Assembly: GCA_050309605.1 (NCBI GenBank)
Contig: JBNRMN010000090.1
Location: forward strand, 15,383-79,382
Reading direction: 5' to 3'
Source of the DNA: Anaerohalosphaeraceae bacterium
GTDB taxonomy: Bacteria > Planctomycetota > Phycisphaerae > Sedimentisphaerales > Anaerohalosphaeraceae
DNA: 64,000 bases
The notes beneath the pieces were generated by a model, which saw only the letters and a list, made by a program, of their open reading frames with translations, ran no database searches and was not told where the DNA came from. The translations under genes were made by a program, and so were the position numbers. How positions within the stretch are numbered: position 1 is the stretch's first letter; every line of letters begins with the position of its first letter. Positions 31,543-40,733 of the stretch are shown here, in pieces.

Positions 31543-31914
31543 TTAGATATCCTCGTCATAATCTTTCATTGGAATAATCCGCAGCTTTCGGACCGCGGCA
31601 GTCGGACAGCAGCGATGCAGCTCAGCCAGCAGGTCATTGCGCATCATCTGAAGCTGATGCATATACGGCCCCGGCGCCGCCTGAATGGTCAGGACGTGTC
31701 CCGTGTACGAATCCAGCCGACACCACGGCTTCAATCCCGGGGGGATCAACGCCTCCCATGCATCCACCAGCAACGCGTTTCGGTTAAGCTGGGCCGCGCG
31801 GCGCTGCAACAATGCCGTCGCCTCCTGATCCGCTCGAAAACAGCGCGACGCCGGCTTTTTCTGCCATTGCGTCGCGGAACGCAGCAACCTGTCCTGTTTC
31901 AGTTCGTCATTCAC
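31543..31914 (-). CDS. DciA/DUF721-like protein
   Basis: W..LIP..L...CRL......LTI.A pattern; sits in the canonical position between dnaN and gyrB. Confidence 0.7.
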   Translation of the reverse strand: MNDELKQDRLLRSATQWQKKPASRCFRADQEATALLQRRAAQLNRNALLVDAWEALIPPGLKPWCRLDSYTGHVLTIQAAPGPYMHQLQMMRNDLLAELHRCCPTAAVRKLRIIPMKDYDEDI

Positions 31915-31992
31915 ATCCGCACAGCCTTAGGACAACAAAGACACGTTCAGACAGCCCACACCGCCGGAGGTCTTGCCCGCCGCAGAGGATTT

Positions 31993-33090
31993 TTACAAAT
32001 TGACGGGCATAATCAGGTATAAGAAATTGGCGCCGCTTTTAATCAGACCGGGCCGGTCCGACTGACCGAGGTGCAGCTCAAAATCATTGGCCTTGAGCAC
32101 ACGCAGCACATCCACCAAAAACTGGGGGTTAAAGCCGATCTCAATCGGCTCACCGTCATACTCCACCGCCATATCAATCTGCGCATCGCCCGTCTCCGGC
32201 GCACGGCTTGAAAACACCAGCGAGTGCTTGTCCAGACTCAGTTTGATGCCTTTGCTGTCTTCGGTCGCCAGCAGGGCGGCACGGCGCACGGCACTGAGCG
32301 TCGGAGCGGTCGGCAGCGTCACTTTCTTTTGATAATCCGTCGGGATGATATCTTCGTAGCGAGGGAAGTTGCCTTCGAGCAGATTCGAGCTGACCACCAC
32401 ATCGCCGCATATCAGCGCCACTTGATTATTGATAAACCGGATCCCCGCCGACACACCGTCCTGCATCGGAATCTTGTCGAGAATGGTCATCGTCTTGGCC
32501 GGGACAATGATACGGCCTTCCGGCACCGAGGACGCTTTTTCCAGCGGGACCATCGACTTGGACAACCGCCGCCCGTCCGTCGCAACCAGGGCCAGCTTTT
32601 TGCCGTGCAGCTCCCAGAGGATGCCGTTCAGCGCATACCGCGTGCTTTCTTTGGCGGCGGCAAAGACCGTCTGCTCGATGCCCTCCTGGAGCGTCTCCAG
32701 TTTGACCTCCAGATCGGCCTGCCCCTCAAAGCCCGGCACAGTCGGATACTGAGCCGAGTCGTGGCCGTAAATCGTGAAGCGGCTGTCCGAACCGACCAGA
32801 TGAACGGCCGACTCGGCAGCCTGCATTTCTATAATCTCGTCAAAACTTTCTCGCACAATCGAGTTAAGCTTGTCGGCGGGGATGACAATATCGCCTTCCT
32901 CAGCCACCTCAACCTGGTTGATCAGGGCGGTGATGCCGATCTCAAGATCGGTAGCGCTCAGACGCACCGCGCCTTGTTCGGTCGCAATGCGCAGGCACTG
33001 AAGGATCGGTTTGGGTGTTCGGCTTGGAACAATGCTGGTGACCAGACCCAATGCTTCCTGTAACGCCGCTCGATTGAATTTTACTTTCAT
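31993..33090 (-). CDS. dnaN: DNA polymerase III beta clamp
   Basis: SATDLEI, STRYALNG, VATDGRRL, EGNFPRY, IGFNPQFL, YLIMPV. Confidence 0.97.
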   Translation of the reverse strand: MKVKFNRAALQEALGLVTSIVPSRTPKPILQCLRIATEQGAVRLSATDLEIGITALINQVEVAEEGDIVIPADKLNSIVRESFDEIIEMQAAESAVHLVGSDSRFTIYGHDSAQYPTVPGFEGQADLEVKLETLQEGIEQTVFAAAKESTRYALNGILWELHGKKLALVATDGRRLSKSMVPLEKASSVPEGRIIVPAKTMTILDKIPMQDGVSAGIRFINNQVALICGDVVVSSNLLEGNFPRYEDIIPTDYQKKVTLPTAPTLSAVRRAALLATEDSKGIKLSLDKHSLVFSSRAPETGDAQIDMAVEYDGEPIEIGFNPQFLVDVLRVLKANDFELHLGQSDRPGLIKSGANFLYLIMPVNL

Positions 33091-33139
33091 AGCGTCCCTC
33101 GCTTGGTTAAACAGTGTCTGTTACGCTCTAAATTCAGGC

Positions 33140-33540
33140 TTTCTTATCCAAAGTCAATCCTCTAATTTACCCTACCCGAAGGCATTTGAAAAGGGTTTTT
33201 TACGCTGTCAATGCGGATATTTTTCTCTTCAGAGCAGACATCCAACAGGGTGCCGCCCCGGCTGTTCAAAACAATATATTAAAGAAAAAAGAAACAGTCG
33301 TATTAAAACTATGGCCGGTGAAATTGTGAGGCAATTCTGGCGGCGGAGAGTAACCTGAGTTCCGCAAAGCGGTTAGAAAAAGAAAAATCAGTCGATTAGT
33401 GTGGACAAGCTGTTGGATTGACTGTGTGGATAGGTATCGAAATGCTGTTAAAACTTTGATATTAGTACTGGAAGGGGGGCTTTTTTACATTTTCTCCAAC
33501 ATGCCTCACATGATTATTAACAGGTTTTCCACAGAACGTA
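33140..33540. other. oriC: probable chromosomal replication origin (oriC)
   Basis: AT-rich intergenic region upstream of dnaN with DnaA-box-like 9-mers at 33144 (TTATCCAAA), 33400 (TGTGGACAA), 33425 (TGTGGATAG), 33514 (TTATTAACA) and 33525 (TTTTCCACA), plus a box-GGCC-trio-like arrangement at ~33275-33333. Confidence 0.72.
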
Positions 33541-33608
33541 TAACACATCGACACTGCTCTTTCAGCATTAAAAACAGCGGTCTTTGAAGGGTACGTTTAT
33601 TGTCGTTT

Positions 33609-35558
33609 TTATCCTAATCGATATTCCCATGCTTCATACCATAAAGACAGATCCTTTTTAAGAGATTCCATCTCCTGTTTTAATTGAGCCAGTCGAGCCG
33701 GGTTTTGGTAAACGCTTTCGTCGCCGAAAAGGGCGTTTAGCTGTTCCTGTTTTTCCTCAAGGGCGGCAATGGTTTGTTCCATCTGCTCGAGTGTGTATTT
33801 ATTAAAGGCCTTCAGATGTTTCGGTGCGGCGTTTTTGGATTCCCGCGATGGTTCTGTGGTTTTGGCGGTTTCGGCCCGACAGAGATCAGCCGCTTTCCGC
33901 TGTTCAAGTATTTGAATGTAAGTGCTGTAAACACCATTACTTTCAGGATAAATAGAGGGGATAATTTCGAGGTTCCCCAACTGTTTTTGACCATAGCGGT
34001 CCACGCCGATAACCAGCAGTTCTTCCGCCACCTGATCAAGGAAATAGCGGTCGTGGCTGACAGCCATAATCGTGCCGTTAAAATCCTGCAGGGCCTGTTC
34101 AAGTAGTTCGCGACTTGGAATATCGAGATGGTTGGTTGGCTCGTCAAGAATCAGTAAATCCGGCTCCTGCAAAACCAATTTACAGAGCATCAGGCGGCTT
34201 TGCTGGCCTCCGCTCAGGTCGCCGACCCGTTTGAAGACCTCCTCGCCGCTGAACAGAAATGCCCCCAAACGGGAGCGAATCGCCTCCGGCAGCAGCTCCG
34301 GGCGGGCGGTTCGTGCCTCATCAAGAACCGTGTTTTCCACATCCAAACTTAAGGCGTGTTGATCCAGGTAACCGACCTTAATCGAGCGCCCCAGTCGAAT
34401 CAACCCGTTATCCGGCGAAAGCTGACCCAGAATCAGACGTAATAAAGTGGTCTTTCCGGTTCCATTCGGGCCTGTAATACCCAGTCGTTGACCATTTGTC
34501 AGCTCGAATGACAGATTTTCAAATAAGGTCAGACTGTCAAAGCGTTTACTGATATCGTCAACACGCAAAACAAGCTCTGTTTTTGAGTGGGATTCGGCAA
34601 ATGAGAAGTGAATCGTTTTGTTTTTAGAGGTTTTTTGGAGAAAATCAGGGTTTTCTTTAAGCATCCGGTTCAGTCGGGTCTTTCGCCCGCGGGCGGTTTT
34701 GCGCATCCCCTCCTTGTCTTTGTTGCGGGCGATAAAATCAAGCGTGCGTTCGACCATCTCGGTTCGCTTTTTGTATTCTCTTTCCTGAGAAAGACTAACC
34801 GCTTGCTTGGTGGCCAGAAACTGTGAATAATTTCCCTTCCAGACGCGAGCGGTTTTGTGTTCAAGCTCAACGATTTTTTCGGCCACCCGGTCCAGCAAAT
34901 ACCGGTCATGGCTAATCAAAATAACGGCGCCGGGATAGGCCCGAAGGTAATCCTCCAGCCACGAGGCCGCCTGCAAATCGAGATGATTGGTCGGTTCGTC
35001 AAGCAAGAGACAATTGGTGTTCTGGACAAGGACTTTCGCTAATCCAAGGCGCGAGACCTGCCCGCCGCTTAGGGCGGAAGTTGGGGTGTCGTACAATTCC
35101 GGCCCGAATCCAAGCCCTGCCAGTGTACTTTTAATGCGGGCTTCGCAGCCGTATCCGCCGGACACCTCGACGGCATGGCACAAGTGATCATATTCGTTCA
35201 TCACGGATGTCAAGTTCTGGCCGTGCGAGTGGGCCATTTGCTCGGCCAGGTGTTCGATCCGCCGCAACATCGTCAAGGTCTCGGCCATGCCGTCGTACAT
35301 CTCCTCAAGCACGGTTTTTTGCCCGTCAAATGTCGGTTCTTGGGACAAATATCCGATTTTGAGGTCGGATGCAAGGGTTACTGTGCCCATATCAGGCGAT
35401 TCTGTGCCCAGAATCATCTTTAATAAAGTGGTCTTGCCGCTGCCGTTCGGGCCGATAAGCCCGACCTTCTGCCCGGCATATAAATGCAGGGCCAGACCGG
35501 AAAAAACAACATCCGAACCAAATGTCTTGTGAATATCCTGAAATACCGCAATTGCCAT
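33609..35558 (-). CDS. ABC-F family ATPase
   Basis: Two NBDs (GPNGSGKTT, GPNGTGKTT; LSGGQ; LDEPTNHLD twice), no TM, coiled C-terminus. Confidence 0.94.
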   Translation of the reverse strand: MAIAVFQDIHKTFGSDVVFSGLALHLYAGQKVGLIGPNGSGKTTLLKMILGTESPDMGTVTLASDLKIGYLSQEPTFDGQKTVLEEMYDGMAETLTMLRRIEHLAEQMAHSHGQNLTSVMNEYDHLCHAVEVSGGYGCEARIKSTLAGLGFGPELYDTPTSALSGGQVSRLGLAKVLVQNTNCLLLDEPTNHLDLQAASWLEDYLRAYPGAVILISHDRYLLDRVAEKIVELEHKTARVWKGNYSQFLATKQAVSLSQEREYKKRTEMVERTLDFIARNKDKEGMRKTARGRKTRLNRMLKENPDFLQKTSKNKTIHFSFAESHSKTELVLRVDDISKRFDSLTLFENLSFELTNGQRLGITGPNGTGKTTLLRLILGQLSPDNGLIRLGRSIKVGYLDQHALSLDVENTVLDEARTARPELLPEAIRSRLGAFLFSGEEVFKRVGDLSGGQQSRLMLCKLVLQEPDLLILDEPTNHLDIPSRELLEQALQDFNGTIMAVSHDRYFLDQVAEELLVIGVDRYGQKQLGNLEIIPSIYPESNGVYSTYIQILEQRKAADLCRAETAKTTEPSRESKNAAPKHLKAFNKYTLEQMEQTIAALEEKQEQLNALFGDESVYQNPARLAQLKQEMESLKKDLSLWYEAWEYRLG

Positions 35559-35794
35559 GAGCACACATAATCTGGATTGATGAGCGGAACAATCTAACAG
35601 CACCGAAGTATAAAAAAAGCGGGCAGCAAAAGCAATCAAACTTTTCAGATCGAGCGGCGATAATCGAGGCCGCCGCCGGAGGTGTAAGCGAAATCCGTGT
35701 TTATGAATTTTTATTTTGACAGTAATTTTTTGGTATGATACAATTTTGGAGGCGTTAATCCGCGTATGACGGCATTATATTTGCAGGGATAACA

Positions 35795-36016
35795 ATGACG
35801 ATGAGAAAAAACAATAGCGTATGGCCGGTAATCGCTCTGCTGATTGCAGTCGGGGTGTTTGGATCGGGATGCAGCTCGCGGGGGATGACTGCGGCTGAAG
35901 TCAATCGACGGCACGAACGGACAATCCAGAACAATTTGTGGCAGGTTCAGGAAGATATCGATAAGATTTTTCTGCTCGATGGGCCGACCCGTTTAAGCGA
36001 ACAAATGATACGGTGA
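35795..36016 (+). CDS. small hypothetical lipoprotein
   Basis: Signal peptide with GSGC lipobox; TTGACA/TATGAT promoter-like sequence upstream. Confidence 0.65.
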   Translation: MTMRKNNSVWPVIALLIAVGVFGSGCSSRGMTAAEVNRRHERTIQNNLWQVQEDIDKIFLLDGPTRLSEQMIR

Positions 36017-36093
36017 CCAGCCTGTCGGCAGTGTGAGGTGCATCAGGGCGAATTACGGCAACCGGTAACGTATTCGGAACAGGAAGCGGATTC

Positions 36094-36957
36094 TTGAATG
36101 CGATTCTTGACTATATTCTGCGCATTGACTTCTATGAACGTTTGATAGTTCTGGCCGAGTTGCTGTTAATTGGGTTGTTTGTTTACGCCGTTGTCAATTT
36201 TCTGGAGGGGACGCGCGGCGAACGGCTTTTTCGCGGGATGATATTCATCCTGGTGGTCGGGTCGCTGATGCTGAATCTGGTGGTCAAAAAGTTCGGCATG
36301 GATCGGATCGCCTATTTGTACGGCGGTTTTCTGATCGCCATCCTCATCATCGGCGTGACCGCCTTTCAGCCGGAAATACGACGGGCACTGATACGCATCG
36401 GACAAGCGCGGTTTTTCACATCCAGTTCACCGCTCCAACTCAGCCGCAGCGTCGAGCAAATCATTACCGCCGTCAGTCATATGGCCGCATCGCGAACGGG
36501 AGCGATTATCGTGATTCCGCAGCAGGTCGGCCTGGGGGAATTCATCGAAACCGGCGTGCGCATCGATGCGCGCGTAACCGCGGAGTTAATCGAAACGATT
36601 TTTTACGAAGGCTCGCCGCTGCACGATATGGCGATGGTGATTCAGGGCAACCGTATTATTGCCTCACGGGTGCAATTGCCGCTGGCCGAGAGCGAGGCGA
36701 TGCCCGGCAGGCCGTTAGGTTCGCGCCACCGGGCGGCCGTGGGCGTGACAAACAGTTCCGACGCCATCGTGATTGTCGTCAGCGAAGAGACCGGCATTGT
36801 ATCGCTGGCAATGAACGGAACGCTGATTCGCAATGTTTCCGAGGCTCAACTGCGTCGCCACCTGACTACAGCCGTGGTCAAGACCACGCCGATTCTCGAA
36901 AAACTCGGCAAACTTCAGAAAGACAATGACGATGACGGGGCGGTTGAAGGTTCGTGA
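36094..36957 (+). CDS. cdaA: diadenylate cyclase CdaA/DacA
   Basis: Three TM helices, FQPEIRRAL, SPLHDMA (DGA-site variant), GSRHRAA, VSEETG. Confidence 0.9.
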   Translation: MNAILDYILRIDFYERLIVLAELLLIGLFVYAVVNFLEGTRGERLFRGMIFILVVGSLMLNLVVKKFGMDRIAYLYGGFLIAILIIGVTAFQPEIRRALIRIGQARFFTSSSPLQLSRSVEQIITAVSHMAASRTGAIIVIPQQVGLGEFIETGVRIDARVTAELIETIFYEGSPLHDMAMVIQGNRIIASRVQLPLAESEAMPGRPLGSRHRAAVGVTNSSDAIVIVVSEETGIVSLAMNGTLIRNVSEAQLRRHLTTAVVKTTPILEKLGKLQKDNDDDGAVEGS

Positions 36958-37973
36958 TGATGTCTGAAAAAGTCAAAAAACTTGCGGCGGTTGTTTTCCT
37001 GACCCTCCTGGTTTGGGCGTGGGCGTATTTGTCGCTGGAGCGGCAGATTTCGCTGTGGGGCACCATTGAACTGTCGCCGGCGGCCGGGCCGGAGTATCTG
37101 GTTGCCTTTGAAGACGGCGCCTCTTTTCCCGTCAAATTGACGTTTAAGGGAACGCCGACCAAAGTCAGCGAGATCGAGCGTCGTTATCGTTCGGCGCTGA
37201 TGGATCCGCTTCACGAAAAACTGGTTTATTATTATATGCCGCAGGATTACGGCCATACGACGACGGGTTCATACACGCTTGATTTGCTGGATTTTATTCG
37301 ACAAAGCCCGACCTATCGGGAGATGGCGTTGACACTGGAGGCCTGCGAGCCGTCGCGGGTTGAGGTGGATGTGGAGGTGTTGGAATCCAAACAGCTTGCT
37401 GTGCAATGCATCGACGAAACCGGTGCGCCTCTGGCGGCTGCGGACATCCAGCCCGGCCAGGTCGAGATGTATGTGCGGCCCAATTATACCGGCCCGTCCT
37501 ATATTCGTCTGTCCGCCCAGCAGATCGCCGCGGCGCGGCAAGGCCCGATTCGCCAGCGGCCGTATGTGGAGTTGGGTCCGACCGGCCCGCGCCGAATCGC
37601 CGATGAAGAAGTCCGTATCGCCCTGCCGGCCACCGAACAGCTCAACGAATATCCGTTTCAGCCGCAGAGCATCGGTTTCATTTTCAGCCGAAATTCCACC
37701 ATTCCATCGCGTTTTCGCGTTCAGATTGAAAACGAGAGCGACCTGCGCACCATTCATTTCCGGGCAACCGAAGAGGCCTATGAGGCCTATCGGCGAATGC
37801 GGTATCACCTGTTGATCGAGATTCGTGAAGAGGATGCGGCATTGGAGGAGATTCCGCCGCGCGAAGTGATCTTTAACTTCCCTCCGGAATTTGTCCGCAA
37901 CGGACAGATCGAGGCCACTTCGTCCAAGACTGCGATGATTCAACTGGTTCCTGTAAGCCCGTCCGGCGGCTGA
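36954..37973 (+). CDS. CdaR/YbbR-like membrane-anchored protein
   Basis: Single N-terminal TM with the L..LVW.W pattern; overlaps the cdaA stop. Assignment rests mainly on context. Confidence 0.55.
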   Translation: MMMSEKVKKLAAVVFLTLLVWAWAYLSLERQISLWGTIELSPAAGPEYLVAFEDGASFPVKLTFKGTPTKVSEIERRYRSALMDPLHEKLVYYYMPQDYGHTTTGSYTLDLLDFIRQSPTYREMALTLEACEPSRVEVDVEVLESKQLAVQCIDETGAPLAAADIQPGQVEMYVRPNYTGPSYIRLSAQQIAAARQGPIRQRPYVELGPTGPRRIADEEVRIALPATEQLNEYPFQPQSIGFIFSRNSTIPSRFRVQIENESDLRTIHFRATEEAYEAYRRMRYHLLIEIREEDAALEEIPPREVIFNFPPEFVRNGQIEATSSKTAMIQLVPVSPSGG

Positions 37974-38024
37974 TGGGGCCGATTTTCCCGCGGGGCGGCG
38001 GCAGACCCGCAAACCGTGAACAGA

Positions 38025-39761
38025 TCACTGTTTTTTACAGAACACAATGACGGTTTCGACGGTCATCCACGCCGCCAGTATCAAAACGATACCGCCGACA
38101 ATGGTCAGCAGATGATTTTGTTTGCCGATGTAACTGATTTCGTTCAGCACCATGGCCCAGCCGGTCAGGATGACCATCACCAAACAGGGTAGTCCGGCAA
38201 CCAGAAACCCCAGGCCGCCTTTGCGTTTCAGGTACATCGTTACCACCAGCAGCGCCAGCGCCGCCAGAAGCTGGTTGACCGTTCCGAACAGCGGCCAGAG
38301 GACCTTGGCACCGGTGGCGTCGGCGCCGAAGGCAATGTGTCCGCCCTCGGTCTTGATGAAGGCCAGTGCCGCGGCCGTCATAACCGCCAAGGTCGTGGCC
38401 GTCCAGCGATTCGTCAGGGCCGGCAGTTTGAAATCCTCAGCCAGTTCGCCGACGACATAGCGCTGCAGTCGCACGGCGGTATCCAGCGTGGTTCCGGCAA
38501 ACGAGGCGACAAATACTCCCATCAAAGCGAAGCCGAGCGTCTGCGGAATGCCCAGCGAAGCCATTAGGTTGGCTGCGCCGCCGATAACCGGCGCCAGGTT
38601 GTCGCCCAGCCCCTTTTCACCCATCCACGAACTGTAATAATGCTGCCAGGCCTCCTGCCCGTTCATCTGACCGATGCCCAGACTCAACCCCGCTGCGATG
38701 CATAAGATCACCAGTACCGCCAGGCCGCCTTCGACGAGCATGGAGCCGTAACCGACGAACTGAGCGTCGGTTTCTTTGCCGAGCTGTTTGGTGCTGGTAC
38801 CGCTGGCCACGAGCGAATGAAAACCGCTGATCGCGCCGCAGGCGATAATCACGAACATCATCGGCAGCAGCGGCGGCGCATCGGCTCCGGCGGTCTGTAT
38901 CGCCGGGGCGACCAGTTCAAACTCCGTCCGAGTCAAGGCCGTAACGGTGATGCCGGCAGCCAGCATCGCCATGATGATAAACAACTGCCAAGCGTTGATG
39001 TAATCCCGCGGCTGAAGCAGCACGGTTACCGGCAAGGTCGAGGCAAAGAAGGCGTAAATCAGCAGCAGTATCGTCCACATACCGGTCGGCGGGATGCGCC
39101 ACGTGTCAGGAAACTGCGAAGGAAAAAGCCCGGCCTGTTCGTTCCACGCCCCCAATGCGACAGCACCGTACATCAGCCCGACGGCCATGACGGTTGCCAA
39201 CAGGACATTGACATTTTTTTTATAGACCATCCAGCCCAGGCCGACGGCGATGGGGATTTGCAGCCAAACCGCCGCAACCGATTGCGGATACAGCTTAAAC
39301 ACAGTGGCGATGACGATGCCGAAGATAGCGATGATAATCAGCAGGGCAAAAAAGACAATCAGAAAGAAGATCAGCCGGACGCGCGTATTGATGTACCGTG
39401 CGGCGATCTCGGAGATGCTTTTGCCCTCGTTGCGCAGCGACACGACCAGTGTGCCGAAATCGTGCACCGCACCCATCAGAATACAGCCGACCGTAACCCA
39501 CAGCAGCGCCGGCAGCCAGCCCCAGATGATCCCGATGGCCGGCCCGACAATCGGTCCCGTGCCGGCAATGGAGGTAAAATGATGACCAAAGACGATGCCC
39601 CGTCGTGTCGGCACAAAATCGACGCCATCCTGTTTTTCGCGACTGGGCACGGGGGCGTCGGGCAGCAGCCGAAAAATTCGCCGCGCCAAAAACCGCCCGT
39701 ACGTATGATACGCCGCCACATACCCGATCAAACACGCCAACATTAACAAAAGTACAGTCAT
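38025..39761 (-). CDS. cstA: carbon starvation protein A family transporter
   Basis: GHHFTSIAGTGPIVGP, GAVHDF, IACGAISGFH, LWPLFGTVNQLLA; GGAGG RBS. Confidence 0.94.
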   Translation of the reverse strand: MTVLLLMLACLIGYVAAYHTYGRFLARRIFRLLPDAPVPSREKQDGVDFVPTRRGIVFGHHFTSIAGTGPIVGPAIGIIWGWLPALLWVTVGCILMGAVHDFGTLVVSLRNEGKSISEIAARYINTRVRLIFFLIVFFALLIIIAIFGIVIATVFKLYPQSVAAVWLQIPIAVGLGWMVYKKNVNVLLATVMAVGLMYGAVALGAWNEQAGLFPSQFPDTWRIPPTGMWTILLLIYAFFASTLPVTVLLQPRDYINAWQLFIIMAMLAAGITVTALTRTEFELVAPAIQTAGADAPPLLPMMFVIIACGAISGFHSLVASGTSTKQLGKETDAQFVGYGSMLVEGGLAVLVILCIAAGLSLGIGQMNGQEAWQHYYSSWMGEKGLGDNLAPVIGGAANLMASLGIPQTLGFALMGVFVASFAGTTLDTAVRLQRYVVGELAEDFKLPALTNRWTATTLAVMTAAALAFIKTEGGHIAFGADATGAKVLWPLFGTVNQLLAALALLVVTMYLKRKGGLGFLVAGLPCLVMVILTGWAMVLNEISYIGKQNHLLTIVGGIVLILAAWMTVETVIVFCKKQ

Positions 39762-39773
39762 GACGACCTCCAC

Positions 39774-40718
39774 TTAAATTGAATCATGAGGCCCTAAAAA
39801 TCGGTCCCCGTTATAGTGTATCAGATGGTCGGGCATTTCTGCAATCCAGACTTCCGTTTCCCACGCGATGTCTTTGAGATGCTTTCGAAACTCGGTAAAA
39901 TCAGGAAACGCACTGACAAACACAAGCCCGGCTTTGATCGACCGGAAGATTTTCTTCAGTTCCGTGACTCGCTTGGGATTCATCGGACCGTGAGAGGTAA
40001 CAACTTCAATCAGATAAAGCCATTGTTTGCTTTCTTGGTATAAGATGATATCCGGTAGTTTGTCATGATCGCTCAAAATGATTCCCAGTTTCCTGAGGTC
40101 ATGACTGTTGTAATACAGATTTTTTTTGGCGGTATCACTCAGATACAGCACTTTCGCTCCCGGCGCAAAACGCGGCCCGAATTCTTCAAGTACTTTGATC
40201 TGAACAAGATTGTGTTTGCCCGGTGACAGGCTCAATTGCTTGCCGTTCGGCAAAGTCAAAGGAATCTGTTTTATGCGCCTTGGATTTTGATACAGCTCTA
40301 TCAGCAAGCCGTGTTTTTTGATAAATGCATCACAGGCTTTCTCTTGTTTGGCAGTATTCCATGCCTGAAGAACCTGAAGACATTCGGATGTCAAAGCATA
40401 ATGTGCATTAGGGTTGTTGGTGGGCAATGCGGCGTTATCCGGATTGTAATCGGCAATACGAGCCTGAACGAATTGATGGAGCACCTGGCGCCGAAACGTC
40501 TCACGCGTATTGGGTGCGTACTGTTTTCCGTAATATCGGGATATAAAGGCCATAATCCCTTTTGTAATAGTCATTGATTGGCGTGTTGCCTTGTGCCAGG
40601 AATCGCGAGGCTTTAGGTTCGCCAGTGCCAACAGAGTGAGTCCCGAGATATCATTTTGCTGGGCTTTCGGCAACCCGAGTACCGTCAAAATTGTTTTGGC
40701 CTCCTCGATTTTCTTCAT
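39774..40718 (-). CDS. BsuBI/PstI-family type II restriction endonuclease
   Basis: YAPNTRETFRRQVLHQF, LSPGKHN, HDKLPD, IEVVTSHGP, IAWETEVW...PDHLIHYNG. Confidence 0.92.
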   Translation of the reverse strand: MKKIEEAKTILTVLGLPKAQQNDISGLTLLALANLKPRDSWHKATRQSMTITKGIMAFISRYYGKQYAPNTRETFRRQVLHQFVQARIADYNPDNAALPTNNPNAHYALTSECLQVLQAWNTAKQEKACDAFIKKHGLLIELYQNPRRIKQIPLTLPNGKQLSLSPGKHNLVQIKVLEEFGPRFAPGAKVLYLSDTAKKNLYYNSHDLRKLGIILSDHDKLPDIILYQESKQWLYLIEVVTSHGPMNPKRVTELKKIFRSIKAGLVFVSAFPDFTEFRKHLKDIAWETEVWIAEMPDHLIHYNGDRFLGPHDSI

Positions 40719-40733
40719 CGCCTTTATGTCCTT

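Noticed and set aside
33011..33587. Small ORFs upstream of dnaN as dnaA remnants
   Set aside because: No AAA+ or DnaA domain IV motifs; the region is better explained as oriC.
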